Positions 50,457 through 62,871 of a DNA stretch of 64,000 nucleotides are shown one piece after another. Position 1 is the first letter of the stretch. Each line of letters starts with the position of its first letter. The notes under the pieces were generated by a model, which saw only the letters and a program-made list of their open reading frames with translations, made no database searches and was not told the origin of the DNA. A program made the position numbers and the translations under genes. This DNA comes from Podarcis liolepis (Eukaryota), in NCBI GenBank assembly GCA_965112155.1, contig OZ218101.1, one strand, 5' to 3'.

Positions 50457-51772
50457 ATCCATACTCAGCAGAATTACATCTCAACGCAGCTCCTTCATTG
50501 GAAGTGTCTTCAGGGTTGAAGGTACACACAGTAGGCAATAAACACTCATGGGCGCCATAAAGATTCAGTCAAGTGTGGAAGTTTACGTGACAGGCATAAA
50601 AGCATATTGGTAGCAAATATATACAGACTTTCACCACTGCCATGGTCAAGACATGCTTCGAGTCCAACAAGAGTCCAAGACTCTCTCTGCTTCTCTCACT
50701 GCAAGGCGCAAGCAAGAGACTCACAACAAGTTACAAGTTACTCAGAAGCGTTGTTATCGGTACTTCCTGTCACACTGCGCATGTCCAAAGAACAGTTCCC
50801 ACAGAAAACGTCCTTGCATAGACAAAACAATCTCAGCCTTCTGCTGCTTTTTGAAACTTCTTCTCTGTTCTTCTCTGTTTCTGGAACAAATGAGAACAGT
50901 GAAATTGTTGGCTAGCTCACTGCTTGAGGGTGGGGCAAGGATGTCTCAATGGTTGTCTGGGTGTGCCTGTCATTCTCTACCAGTAATTTCAGTGCTCAGT
51001 TTTCAGCAATGAAACAATAATTTCAGTACTGTTTAGGATGAGCAGTGTTTCATGAATGTGTCTGTATTCATTAACAATGATGCCTGCTTTCACTCAGCAA
51101 ATATTTAAAAGATCAGCTATTGTTCCTCTGGCTGTGGTCCAGAGCTATTACAGTAAAGCAAAAGTGCAGATCTCAAAATCCATCTCTTTAGTACATCTCC
51201 ACTGACAAAGCTCTGCCAAATTAGGAGCATCTAATTATCCTGAGAGCATTTAGAAAACTCTCTCATCTTAATTACAGAGCAATTGAAAGTCTGGTTGAAA
51301 TATAGAAATAATAGAAGCTCATTTCATTTTAGTTTAACAGTGAGGGTTTTAAAAAAAATATAAAATGATAAAAAGCCATTGCAGCCCAGGAAACAATGAA
51401 CCAATAAATGTTATCTGTCAGATTAGATGTTTTACTCATGTGGTAGCAAATGATGTCAATAAGAAATTTAGATTTAAATCACAACATATTTTTTTTGGCA
51501 ATGTTCATCAGTTTACATGAAGCATTGCAAATGACAATTGATTCTGTCAAGTAACTTATTTCTGGTAGGGAGTCTGTGAAATCTGATCTTTGGATAATTA
51601 TTGCAAGAGCAAAAAGCTTCTTTTGTACTAACTTTTGCCAGCCTGGTGCTTTTGACCTAAATCACTTCATCACCTACACAGAATGTTTCACAGGTTGCAT
51701 TTTTTATGGTAGCGCCCATGCTGGCACCTGCAAGATTTCTTCAGGTGGGAGGGGTTTGGGGTGAGTGGGGAT

Positions 51773-51863
51773 CATAGCTGTCAACGTTTTCCTTTTTAAA
51801 AGGGAAATTCCCTTATTCCGAATAGGATTTTCCCTTTAAAAACAGGGAAAGTTGACATCTATG
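51773..51863. mobile_element. 91-bp hAT MITE (same family as 50367)
   Basis: Same TIRs. TSD gtggggat/gcggggat. Confidence 0.9.
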
Positions 51864-52194
51864 GCGGGGATGAGGTGCAGCACCATTTACTTGGAGGAGA
51901 GAGGTATCAGCAGAGATGGGGGGACACCAGGACTTTCAGAAATAGCAAAAACAAATCTTTAGTAGGGGAAACGCCTTAGGTGGGGGAAATCGTTAAACAG
52001 CCAGGTAGGGACCCAGCATGCTTACTGGGGTTGGAATGCTGATTCACTGGTGGGGGGAGGGAAGAGAAAATCCCTGGGGGGTAGGGGTGGAATGGAGTGT
52101 CTGGAATACTAAGCAAGGTCACTCTATAGTTCAGCTTTCTGTTGCAGGTCCCACTTTCTCCATATCTCTATATCATTTGAATGGCATGACATAA

Positions 52195-52788
52195 AGACCT
52201 TACCTGCCCGCAGACTGTCTCGCCAGAGTAGTGCATGCTCTAGTTATCTCCCACTTGGACTACTGCAATGCACTCTACGTGGGGCTACCTTTGAAGGTGA
52301 CCCAGAAACTGCAATTAATCCAGAATGCGGCAGCTAGACTGGTGACTGGGAGTGGCCACCGGGACCATATAACACCAGTCCTGAGAGATCTGCATTTGCT
52401 TCTAGTACGTTTCCGAGCACAATTCAAAGTGTTGGTGCTGACCTTTAAAGCCTTAAACGGCCTCAGTTCTGAAGGAGTGTCTCCACCCCCATTGTTCAGC
52501 CCGGACACTGAGATCCAGCGCCGAGGGCCTTCTGGCGGTTCCCTCATTACAAGAAGTGAGGTTACAGGGAACCAGGCAGAGGGCCTTCTTGGTAGTGGCG
52601 CCCGCCCTGTGGAACGCCCTCCCTCCCAATGTGAAGGACATAAGCAGCTATCCTATCTTTAAAAGACATCTGAAGGCAGCCCTGTTTAGGGAAGTTTTTA
52701 ATATTTAATGCTGTATTGTTTTTAACATTCAATTGGGAGCCTCCCAGAGTGGTTGGGGAAACTCAGCCAGATGGGCGGGGTATAGATA

Positions 52789-52834
<46 letters not shown>
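52195..52834 (+). mobile_element. Young L2 LINE 3' end with (TTA)n tail
   Basis: Encodes HALVISHLDYCNALYVGLPLKVTQKLQLIQNAAARLV. (TTA)n tail at 52790-52834. Confidence 0.92.
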
Positions 52835-52836
<2 letters not shown>

Positions 52837-53267
52837 AGTTAATCAATTGGTCAAAATAAATTGGTTACCTGACGTTCATCCATTTGAAACTGGCCCTATG
52901 ATGAAAGATCATAGGGGAGCAGGAAAGAGGTGGTACCTATCACCTCCCAACAGAAGCCAAAATACCTCAAAAGTCTAGACATATACAAGCGCATTTACAC
53001 ACTCACAACCCTATAACAACTGACACATTGCTTTCTAGGCACCATTTCCCATGGTGCCACATGGTGACGAGCAACTTCTCATCTCATCTGCTTTGAAGAA
53101 GGCAGACTTTCAAAATGAGTTGACCATACTACAAGGTAGCTTTGAAAAATGCAGCTAAATGTTCAACAGCTAGAGAACATCAAAACCTTCTGTTCCTTTA
53201 ATTTATCTTAACAGTTTCTGTTCTAAGCTATTGCTTTTGTTGTTCAGCTAATCTCTTTTCTCCTTAG

Positions 53268-53408
53268 GTACCTGCATATGCGGTGAATGCACATGTCATG
53301 ATGTTGACCCAACTGGAGACTGGGGAGATATTCATGGAGACACCTGCGAGTGCGATGAACGAAATTGCAAGGGAGTCTATGACAGATACTCAGATGATTT
53401 CTGTTCAG
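53268..53408 (+). CDS. ITGBL1: Integrin beta-like protein 1, internal exon (probably exon 6), 141 bp
   Basis: Boundaries ctccttAG|GT...TCA G|GTaaaa. Translates (G)[46 protein letters not shown](G). Confidence 0.95.
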
Positions 53409-54349
53409 GTAAAAGCAATATTTGAAACAAATGTGAATAATTCAATATGGCTGTATTGGATCCAGTTGTATCCAAACAAAGACAAAATGCTGCTTCATGA
53501 TCTTGGAAACTATCATTGTGAGATCTTTAGATGTGTCCAAAATATATAGTGTGTGCTCCACATTCACACTTTCAAAATGTTCTGTATGAATATTGTATCT
53601 TTTTTCCTTCTGCCACATATACAAATCACCCATGTGGGTGGTTCCTTTCCCCTTGACCACATAAATGTGCTGATGTTTCTGTTCTGGGCTTGCATCCTCA
53701 CTCCCACTGAATCAGCCTGCGGTGCTGGTTGTGATAAAACAATCCCGAATGCAATCTTTTCACATAGCTTACTCCTTTGAGAAATGTATTTCATCTGTTT
53801 ATTTGATGGGATGAGACTGCAGATAAGTAAACCCCATATGTCTAGATGAAGCATTTGGGGATCGTAAAAAGCCAATTTGCAGATAAGTACCTCCCTGTAA
53901 CTAAACAGAAATACCTGTGGTTATTTTAAAGACTTCATTCACCAAGAGCAGGAAGTAGCTTGCTGCTACTACTTTACCTTACAGAGAAGGCAGCATTCTC
54001 TCGAGATTTCCATTTCTCTAGAATTTCATTTCAGAGCCCTTCATCTCGCTGAGTAGCATCTTTAAAACAGCTTTATCAGTTAGTGCATAACAGGATGACA
54101 GTCTCCTAAAAAATTCTCCAGTAGGAAAGAGTACTCCACCCACCCCCACAGGCCAGGGTACCACAGGAGTGGAGAAACTGAAACACGTCTTTTATGGACA
54201 AGCTCTGCTGTGATGCCACCTTGTGATTTCATGCATGGTTGTCTTTATGTGGCTTGATTCCCTCTGAAGCAGAACCACACGGTTTATATATATGCAGAGG
54301 AGCGAGGCAGGGAGCTATTTGTGTTGTAGTAAGTACATTCTATATCCCG

Positions 54350-54682
54350 TCTTTCTGCATGCAGCACATAATTAAACTACAGAATCTGCTTCCACAAGAG
54401 ATAATGATGGTCACCAACTTGGATGGTTGTAAGAGCAGATTAGACAAATGCATGGAGGATATAAGACTATCAGTGCCCACTAGCAACAATAGCAATGTTC
54501 TACCTCCGCTGTCCGAGGCAGCATACCTTTGTGCACCAGTTGCTTGGAATTACAAGTGGGAGGCAGGTTGTTGCACTAATGTGCTGCTTTCTCATAGCCA
54601 TCTTGTTGGCCACTGTGAGAACAGAATGCTGGACTAGATGAGCTTTTGTCTTGATCCAGGAGGGCTGTTCTTAATGTTCCTC
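54350..54682 (+). mobile_element. CR1 LINE 3' end
   Basis: Encodes QHIIKLQNLLPQEIMMVTNLDGCKSRLDKCMED. 3'UTR similar to 2022-2329. Confidence 0.75.
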
Positions 54683-54906
54683 ATGGAAGTCAAAGCAGTG
54701 TTACTTAGGGTTCCCAGGCTGTCTCCCACCCAGGCAGTGGCTGGAGTCAGACCTGCCAAATTAGATTCAGCAAGGTGAGCTTAGATCAGTGGTTCTCAAA
54801 GGGTGTGGTCCGCCACACTGGTGTGGCAGGAGAGGATGAGAAGTGTGGCAAGAAGCTTCAAGGACAACCAAAGAAACATTAAAACATCTCAGTGTAGTAT
54901 AGTATA

Positions 54907-55148
54907 CAGTGGTACCTCAGGTTACATACGCTTCAGGTTACATACACTTCAGGTTACAGACTCCGCTAACCCAGAAATAGTGCTTCAGGTTAAGAACTTT
55001 GCTTCAGGATGAGAACAGAAATCGTGCTCTGGTGGCGCGGTGGCAGCAGGAGGCCCCATTAGCCAAAGTGGTGCTTCAGGTTAAGAACACTTTCAGGTTA
55101 AGTACGGACCTCCGGAACGAATTAAATACTTAACCCGAGGTACCACTG
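54907..55148. mobile_element. Tc1/mariner MITE, family A (same orientation as 3009)
   Basis: TA|CAGTGGTACCTC...GAGGTACCACTG|TA. Confidence 0.92.
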
Positions 55149-55346
55149 TAAATATATTATTATTATTATTTGGATACACAACCAGAAACAAACTCAGTCT
55201 GATGAACTTGTAGGTGCTAACCACTGATGGGCAAGTTCAGGGTCCCTGGTCTCCCTCTTATTTTTCTTTACCTCTACTCCTTTCAGCTAAAGTGGGATAC
55301 ATGGCTACCCTAAACTGAAATTATGTATTTTCCTTTTGCTCTTAAG

Positions 55347-55493
55347 GTCATGGACAGTGTAACTGTGGAAGATGCGATTGTAAGCAAGGATGGACAGGGA
55401 AGAAATGTGAGCATCCACTTTCTTGTCTCATGTCAGCAGAAGAGAGTGCTAGAAAATGTCAAGGGAGCTCACATTTGCCTTGCTCTGGAAGAG
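55347..55493 (+). CDS. ITGBL1: Integrin beta-like protein 1, internal exon (probably exon 7), 147 bp
   Basis: Boundaries ctcttaAG|GT...AGA G|GTaggt. Translates (G)[48 protein letters not shown](G). Confidence 0.95.
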
Positions 55494-58294
55494 GTAGGTG
55501 GCTTGGTTTGATTTGTCTGTTTTTTGGGGAGATTTTGATTTTTCAATTTAGTTGAGCTGCTACTTGGAATGGCGAGATGTTAAGTTCCGGCAAGCGTGTA
55601 AAGCAGTGCACATTTCACATATCTGTCTTAGGTTATGTTCAAAGAGCAGCTTCCAGCACTGCTAGATGTTCAGTTGGCACTAAATGGGACCAAAAGAAGC
55701 AGGAAAACCGGATACAAATTTGAACTACCCATCATTTAGATTTTGCCCTTTGCTGGTTCTTGCTAACCTACCGTTAGTAGGAATCAGCATAGGCCTGATG
55801 TGACTTGTGGATGTTATAGGTACTGAATCAGCCAACCTGATGCCTAAAAGTTCCCCCATCTGAAAATGCTGATAATTGTTCCATAATTCAGTAGCTTTCT
55901 TCATGTTGCCATACTATTTTTTAATACATGAATTACTCTAGCAGTTCTAAGTAAGAAATATGTATGAAATTGATAAATAGCTTTCCCCCCCCCCTCTGAC
56001 TTGTTATGCTCAGATAGTGTTGGTGCGTTCTTATTTTTCTGCCACATATAGTAAGCAGCTCCACCTTCCCCACTCAGGTGTTACAGAACGCTGTCTCGTA
56101 ATTAACAGCAAAATGAGCCCTGAGGACTCAAGAGCAAGTTTTCAGCTAAAGTACACCATTAGTTGTCAGCTCCATCTTCTTCATATGGGTTGCCTTCAGG
56201 CCCAGCATCAGTACTTGGTCCCCTTGGGCAGTGGGCAGAGCCGAAAGGCCTGAACAGAGGCCCCAGCTCTGACACTCGCCCTGAACTCTTCAAATCAGCC
56301 AGCTGGGTCTGTGAGTGTCCATTTCAATTTCCCATTGGCCCCAGAGTGGCATTACATTAGGTGCTCCAGTGCATTGTGGGAAATTAAAATGGCAGGTCTT
56401 AGACATCTTCGAACCTACTGCTCAGGTAAACCTGAGAAGGTCCAGCAGTGTGAAGAGGATCCCTCCACAGCTCAGTTTGCTCAGGGCCTCCTCAAACTTG
56501 GAGCCCATCCCTGATTACCATACATGGATTATTAAGTCATTGAAAGGCTGTTTATGGGTGCAACCTAGCATGCATTGCTTATGACCCTTCCCTCCATGGA
56601 AGGGAAGCAGAGGGAATACCAGACCCACTCCTGACCTTTCTGTATCAGAACAGGAAGGACAGAATTGTAAGTGTGCTTGGCTGAAATTTTGGTTAAATTT
56701 CACTGCAACTGGGAATCCCGGTCGTTCCTGATTGCAGGAAGGAGTTTAAGCATGTTCAGCTGAGAACACTTACAATTTCCTTCACTGTGGGAAGGTCAAG
56801 AGTGTTGGGGGGATGGGGGTGTTGCACTTATTCCGTGACCTCTCCACGGAGATAACATTAGAACACCTGAAGAGAGCTTCTATATATTATAGAGCATCTC
56901 CACCTATATTTTAAAGCCATGGTGCACAATTCAGTACAGGGTTGAATATGCTTAACACCCCTGCTGCCCTGATTTCCATGTAGACCTAACCATGCTTGAC
57001 TCTGGACTGGACTGCAGCCATGCATTGACATTATCCTGTCATACTCATGAAGACAGCACCGGGGGGAAAGTATTCTTTGAGAACAATAATTTTGTTGTCA
57101 TTGTCCACTCAAATAATATCTCCACATGATGCACCACTTTGTTATTGGCATTTTGTAGGAAATCATCTTAACTAAGAATCCATATTTCACTCTATTATGG
57201 AAAATGAAGGGTAATAGATCAGTGTTTTCAACCTTAGGCCTTTCAGGGTGGATCATTTTATCAGTGTTCTCTTTTTGTAACAAAACATGATGGAGGTTCT
57301 TTGCTATTCATTGCCAGGGTGTGTTGTCTGCTTCGCATGAGAAGATTTCTGATCTTGCAAAACTCTTATGTATGCAAATATCTCTCCCAGGAGTTTTTCC
57401 TGAGGTTGAGGGCTTTTTTTTTAATACCTTCTTTGACATAATTTTCTCTAAACTGAGGAGGCCATAACCTCAATTGGTGTAAATGACTATAAATCATGAT
57501 TAGAGAGATGTTGTTAGATGACCACTATTTGTTACAGTGAAAGGATAATTAGCTTAAGTTTGTTTGATCAACCTTTCTCAAAATAAGAGGCATTGCAAAG
57601 CTGTTGATATTAGTTATGTGGAGTTCTTAGAAGCTGTAGCCCCGAAGGGAAGTAATTAATTTCTACAGAATGGCAATCATGTCCAAGGTAATCCTGAAAT
57701 GCCCTTTGAAATAATGGATATCTTACTAAACAAGGCATATTGATCCTTTCTTCTTGTTGTTAGCGTCTCTGTTCCATACTTACCTGCTGGTTGTTTTTTT
57801 TAAGACTTGCCTTTTCAAATTGAAAAAGCAATTGAGAATGAAATGGATTCTTTTCATTTTGATTTATGGAATTATAAGGGGAGTTTTTAAAAGATTATCA
57901 GATGGGAATGGAGAGATAAATGAACGAAGTTCTTCTTTTTTTTAGTTTTGGTTATTAACACAGGTTTTTGACTTTATAACCATTTACATTTAATAGTGTC
58001 CATCTGTCAGTGGGATCAAGCAATGGGATTTCCCTACCTTTCCACCCCCTTCTGAGACCCTCTGGAGCAGATTGTATCGGTGCAGGGAGCTGCAGAAGGG
58101 AGAGAGGAAGAATAGTCTGCTTGTGTAACATTCGATGTCACACAACAATCCTCATTTCTTCTTCCATCCTCCCACACTTGTGTCCTTTACCTCTCCTCTT
58201 TCCAGTCTACTTTTAAATATACCAGTAAGGATAATAGATAGATTTTGCAGGAGAAGGAGAACAGGAGGTGTAAGATTAAAACAATGGTTTTGGG

Positions 58295-58295
<1 letters not shown>

Positions 58296-58329
<34 letters not shown>
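58296..58329. repeat. (TG)n microsatellite
   Basis: Read directly. Confidence 0.95.
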
Positions 58330-58334
<5 letters not shown>

Positions 58335-58881
58335 CAGAGAGATACTCCAGATTTATTGCTGAAATTAACACAGTTCACTCCATCCTCTAGCATAGTCCAA
58401 CTGGCTTCTAAATCACACATAGTTCCAAGAACCTGCTTTGAAGGTACTGGTAATTGAAGTAATGAATGTTTTTCTTACTCAAGCATTTGCACAGGGAAAA
58501 GCTAGCATAGCTCTTGAACTATTGCATCTGACCTTACATGTCATTTAATTTGTGATGGGCTCTTTCACTATTATCGTCCACAATAACCAGGAGTCAAGCA
58601 AAGGTTACGGTCTATTTGCCAAATTTAGCTCCGCCGCTTTTGACATTTGCTTGTATATCCTTTGCCTCCAGCTACCTGTCTCCTGCAGGAACTTTATATT
58701 AGCAGCTGTTTTTTTTAATCAAGTTTTCTTATTACTATTGCTGAACAGATTGCTTGAATCTCAGTCAAAACCCTCAGATGTTATCTGTTTTATGGCTACT
58801 ACTGAATCCCTCCACCTCTGCCTGTGATAGTATCTCGACTGATTGAATCCTGTCTTCCACAAAGTTGGCTAGCCTCTAAAA

Positions 58882-59187
58882 CAGGGGTCGGGAACTTGTG
58901 GCATTACACCTATTGCCAGAATACAACTCCCATTATCTCTACCACTTGCCCCAGAGTGGCTGGGGTAACTCAGCCAAATGAGCAAGGTAAAAGTAATAAA
59001 TTATGATGATGCTTATGCTAACTGGGGCTGATGGAGGTTGGAGTCCATCCATATCTGGAGCAGTGGCGGAACTTGGGGTTTCAAATTTTGGCGGCGTCCC
59101 TGCCCGAAGCTCCATGACCAATGCAACCAAACCAGTTTTGCTCCCCTAAATCAGCCTCTCTTTGGCGGGCCGCAGGTTCTCCACCTC
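58882..59187. mobile_element. Old palindromic hAT MITE with nested inserts
   Basis: caggggtcgggaac..tacaactccc../gctgatggaggttggagtcc..atctggag arms. Related remnants at ~17950, 34910, 37995, 41785 and 49730. Confidence 0.55.
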
Positions 59188-59669
59188 TACTCTAAAATGT
59201 ATTCCTTTTCAATATAAAACATCACATTGAGAATTAATTTAAAGCTGCTGTTTTTTTATTTGTGAAAACAATACTAGAACATTATTCTTGCCTTGCTGGG
59301 AGGTGAAGGTTTTGTATGGAACTATATAGTGCAGTCTGGGGTCCAGTTTCTACATGATGTGGGAGTGACATGGCTGTCATTCTCCCATGACTCCACCCCA
59401 TGCTAAGTGGCATGATTACACAAATCATAATATGTATAGATTAAGTCATTAATTTAGTTTATTAATTAACCGTGCTGCTTGCCTCTTGCTTTGCAGGGAG
59501 AAATGTGAGCACATTAGATACATCCCATGGTACTAATAATAATAAAAAGCATTTGGGGATGTGGGGAAAACATGCTAATAACGTGAGGAACTAGATCAGG
59601 GGTGACGTTAGCATAGCTTATCCTTCATGGTGTTTCTCAAAGCTTCTATGAAGCAATCATATGCTACTA

Positions 59670-60148
59670 CAGTGGACACTCGGGTAGAAGAAGAAGAAGA
59701 GTTTGGATTTGATATCCTGCTTTATCACTACCCGAAGGAGTCTCAAAGCGGCTAACATTCTCCTTTCCCTTCCTCCCCCACAACAAACACTCTGTGAGGT
59801 GAGTGGGGCTGAGAGACTTCACAGAAGTGTGACTGGCCCAAGGTCACCCAGCAGCTGCATGTGGAGGAGTGGGGACGCGAACCCGGTTCACCAGATTACG
59901 AGTCTACCGCTCTTAACCACTTCACCACGCTGGGTAGCGAATGTATTCCGTGTGGAATGCACGTTCGCAACCCGCAGCATTCGGAACACACACCGGTGCA
60001 TCTGCACACGTGTGGGATGCAATTTGGTGCTTCTGCGCATGCACGACTGCCAAAACCCGGAAGTAACCCGTTCCGGTACTTCTGGGTTTCGGCAGTCCGT
60101 AACCCAAAAAAATGCAACCTGAAGCGTCTGTAACCTGAGGTATGACTG
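59670..60148. mobile_element. Tc1/mariner MITE interrupted by a SINE
   Basis: TA|CAGTGGACACTCGGGT...ACCTGAGGTATGACTG|TA. Confidence 0.8.
59688..59931 (-). mobile_element. tRNA-derived SINE (Squam3-like)
   Basis: Reverse complement of the 30836 copy. (GAA)n tail and TSD gggtag. Confidence 0.88.
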
Positions 60149-61414
60149 TATCGTTCTTGGGGAACATGGAGGCAGGATGGAAGAGGAAAGGATCTGGTTT
60201 TTTCTCTGATCTCCCTTCTCTCTGCACACCCAGAAAATCTGCTGTATTGGATTGATCGATGCTCCAGAACAGTGCAGAAGTTGGCAGAGGAGACTGCAGT
60301 AGGAAGAGGGAACTGGGTTAGCAGACACAGTTACTGGATTAAAAGGCATCCCTGTGGGAGGGATGGAATCACTGGATTTCCCCCTATATTCTTACAGGAG
60401 GAAGCTGTAAGGAAGCAGGAAGCCCGCTAGTCCCATGACTGTAAATAACAACCCATTGAGGCTGAGGGTGTGTGGGGGGAGAGAATGACCAGCACACCCT
60501 ATTCAACTGAAGTCAGTTTTAATTTAATTAATTACCCTTTCTGGAAAGGAAACTAGAGCTGTACTTGTAGGGCAAAGGCAGTCAGTGACTTAAAAACAAC
60601 AATTCCTGAGTATTATGAATAAGTTTCCATTGGGTAAATAAGTGTAAAATCAAAATGGAGCATTTCCTGCCTTCAGCAGCTTCACAGTGGATTACTGGTT
60701 TCCCCCCAAATGCTTCATCACAGTGAGTAAGATCAGCGAGGGGAATGGGAGTTGCCCTGCCTACTGCATCAAAGTTTCCTAATGCCATGTAAAATATATT
60801 GTTTGGCACAGGATCTGTACCCGATGAGAGCACGACATTATAGTTGTTGCAGCATTAAATTAATGTTGTCATACATCAGTCTTCTTCATTGTCACAGCAC
60901 AGTGAGCAAAGGAAACTGTTCAATTATAGTATATATATATCTACAAGGAGGAAGGGCTGACTGTCATCCAGCTCTGTACAAATTTGATTGCTGTCTTTTC
61001 CGTTGTTTTCCCCCCTAAAACCTTTCCAGAGATTTTGTTCCTTCATAACAATATGTGTATAACGGAAAGCCAGGGTGGTGGGGGTGGTGAATGGAGCTAT
61101 CATACCAGACAGCAAGAATGGCATAAGAATCTATATTGGAGCCCACAGAAAAGTCCCAAAGCAATGAACAAGGATTTGTGTTCATTAGGACTCTTCCACA
61201 TGAACTGATTAGTGCTGGCGAAACTGATCCCTAGAACTGCTGGTTTTAACATTTTACAAGGGAGAGTAGTAGCTAGTGGTCCTTTCCACTAGCATGCTTT
61301 GCTGCAGCCTGAGGGCAAAAGTAAACATGCAGTTAAATGTATGAATGAAATTAAGATGCTTCCCCTTCCCTTTATGTGAATTGCAGATTTAAAGGAGCCT
61401 GCACAAAACTCAGT

Positions 61415-61597
61415 NNNNNNNNNNNNNNNNNNNNNNNNNNNNNNNNNNNNNNNNNNNNNNNNNNNNNNNNNNNNNNNNNNNNNNNNNNNNNNNNNNNNNN
61501 NNNNNNNNNNNNNNNNNNNNNNNNNNNNNNNNNNNNNNNNNNNNNNNNNNNNNNNNNNNNNNNNNNNNNNNNNNNNNNNNNNNNNNNNNNNNNNNNN
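61415..61597. other. Assembly gap (183 N)
   Basis: Run of N. Confidence 1.
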
Positions 61598-61876
61598 TGG
61601 CTGAGTTTCCCCAGCCGCTCTGGGAGGCTCCCAATCAAGTGTTAAAAACAATACAGCATTAAATATTAAAAACTTCCCTAAACAGGGCTGCCTTCAGATG
61701 TCTTTTAAAGATAGGATAGCTGCTTATTTCCTTCACATCTGAAGGGAGGGCATTCTACAGGGCGGGCGCCACTACCAAGAAGGCCCTCTGTCTGGTTCCC
61801 TCTAACCTCACTTCTCGCAATGAGGAAACCGCCAGAAGGCCCTCGGTGCTGGATCTCAGTGATGGGGGTGGAGACT
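61598..61876 (-). mobile_element. Young L2 LINE 3' fragment
   Basis: Reverse complement of ~52478-52770. Its 3' tail runs into the gap. Confidence 0.9.
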
Positions 61877-62871
61877 TCGAGTTGGTATTTGCCTCAGGAA
61901 GGAAACATCATCATCATCATCACCATCGTCATTGTCATTATTATTACTATCCCACCCATCTTGCTGGGTTTCCCACATGTCATGTTTCCTGCATCTAGGA
62001 CCAAGTGTTGCCTTCACAGGAATTCACAGGTCACCCCACTTGAAGGCAGAGCCCTCAGCACTGCATTCTATACCATCTTGGCCTGAGCACATGGCTCTCC
62101 CATCACCCTCAAACTCTGGAGGAGACTCCATTGTAGTTTCTCCTGCTGAAGCATCTGACTGCAGAATCCACTGTGGCCTCTTTAAGGAGTATAGGAAACT
62201 TAGGGAGAACAAGCCACTGGAAGGAAAGCCCCTGACAGGTTTCTTAAGCCTCCAGGTGAATCTGATCCTTTGTTCAGACAGCATCTTCCATAGCTAAGCT
62301 AGCAAATCTCACTGGGAGCTGCTCAGGTACCTTATTGGCCTGGCCTGACTGGAAGGCCGTTTGGTAATTCATTGCTTCCACTTTCCCAATCTCCAGCAGA
62401 ACAAGATGTCATATTGGGGGGAAGAAGCCATGGCCTCCAAGCAGGAGCACTGACCCCTATGGAACCCACTCTCCCAGCCTCTGCACCTGAGGAGTTCATC
62501 TTGTCACCATCTCGATCCTCAGACTGAGGAAATTGTGCAACAACTGTCCTCAGAGTAAAAGGACTGTTACCCAAAAGCCACCACCATTGGAATCAACTCT
62601 TGCCATTATCAGGCAGTCTTACAAATTACTGAATTACAAAAGGCTTTGCCCCACCCCACTCCCCAGCAGAGCAAGCACCCCAAACTAAGTTGCAACCGTG
62701 TTTAATACTTAGTCCAGAGTTCTTTGCTGCTGAATCAACATCTGAGCCTGCTTGTATATGAGCTATCAGACTGGGCTCTACTTGGAGCTGTCCATGGTCT
62801 TGTCTAGAGTTACCTAACACTTACAGGTATCTAAGCCTGTTGGAACCACTATAGGTTAGGGAAAGGTTATA

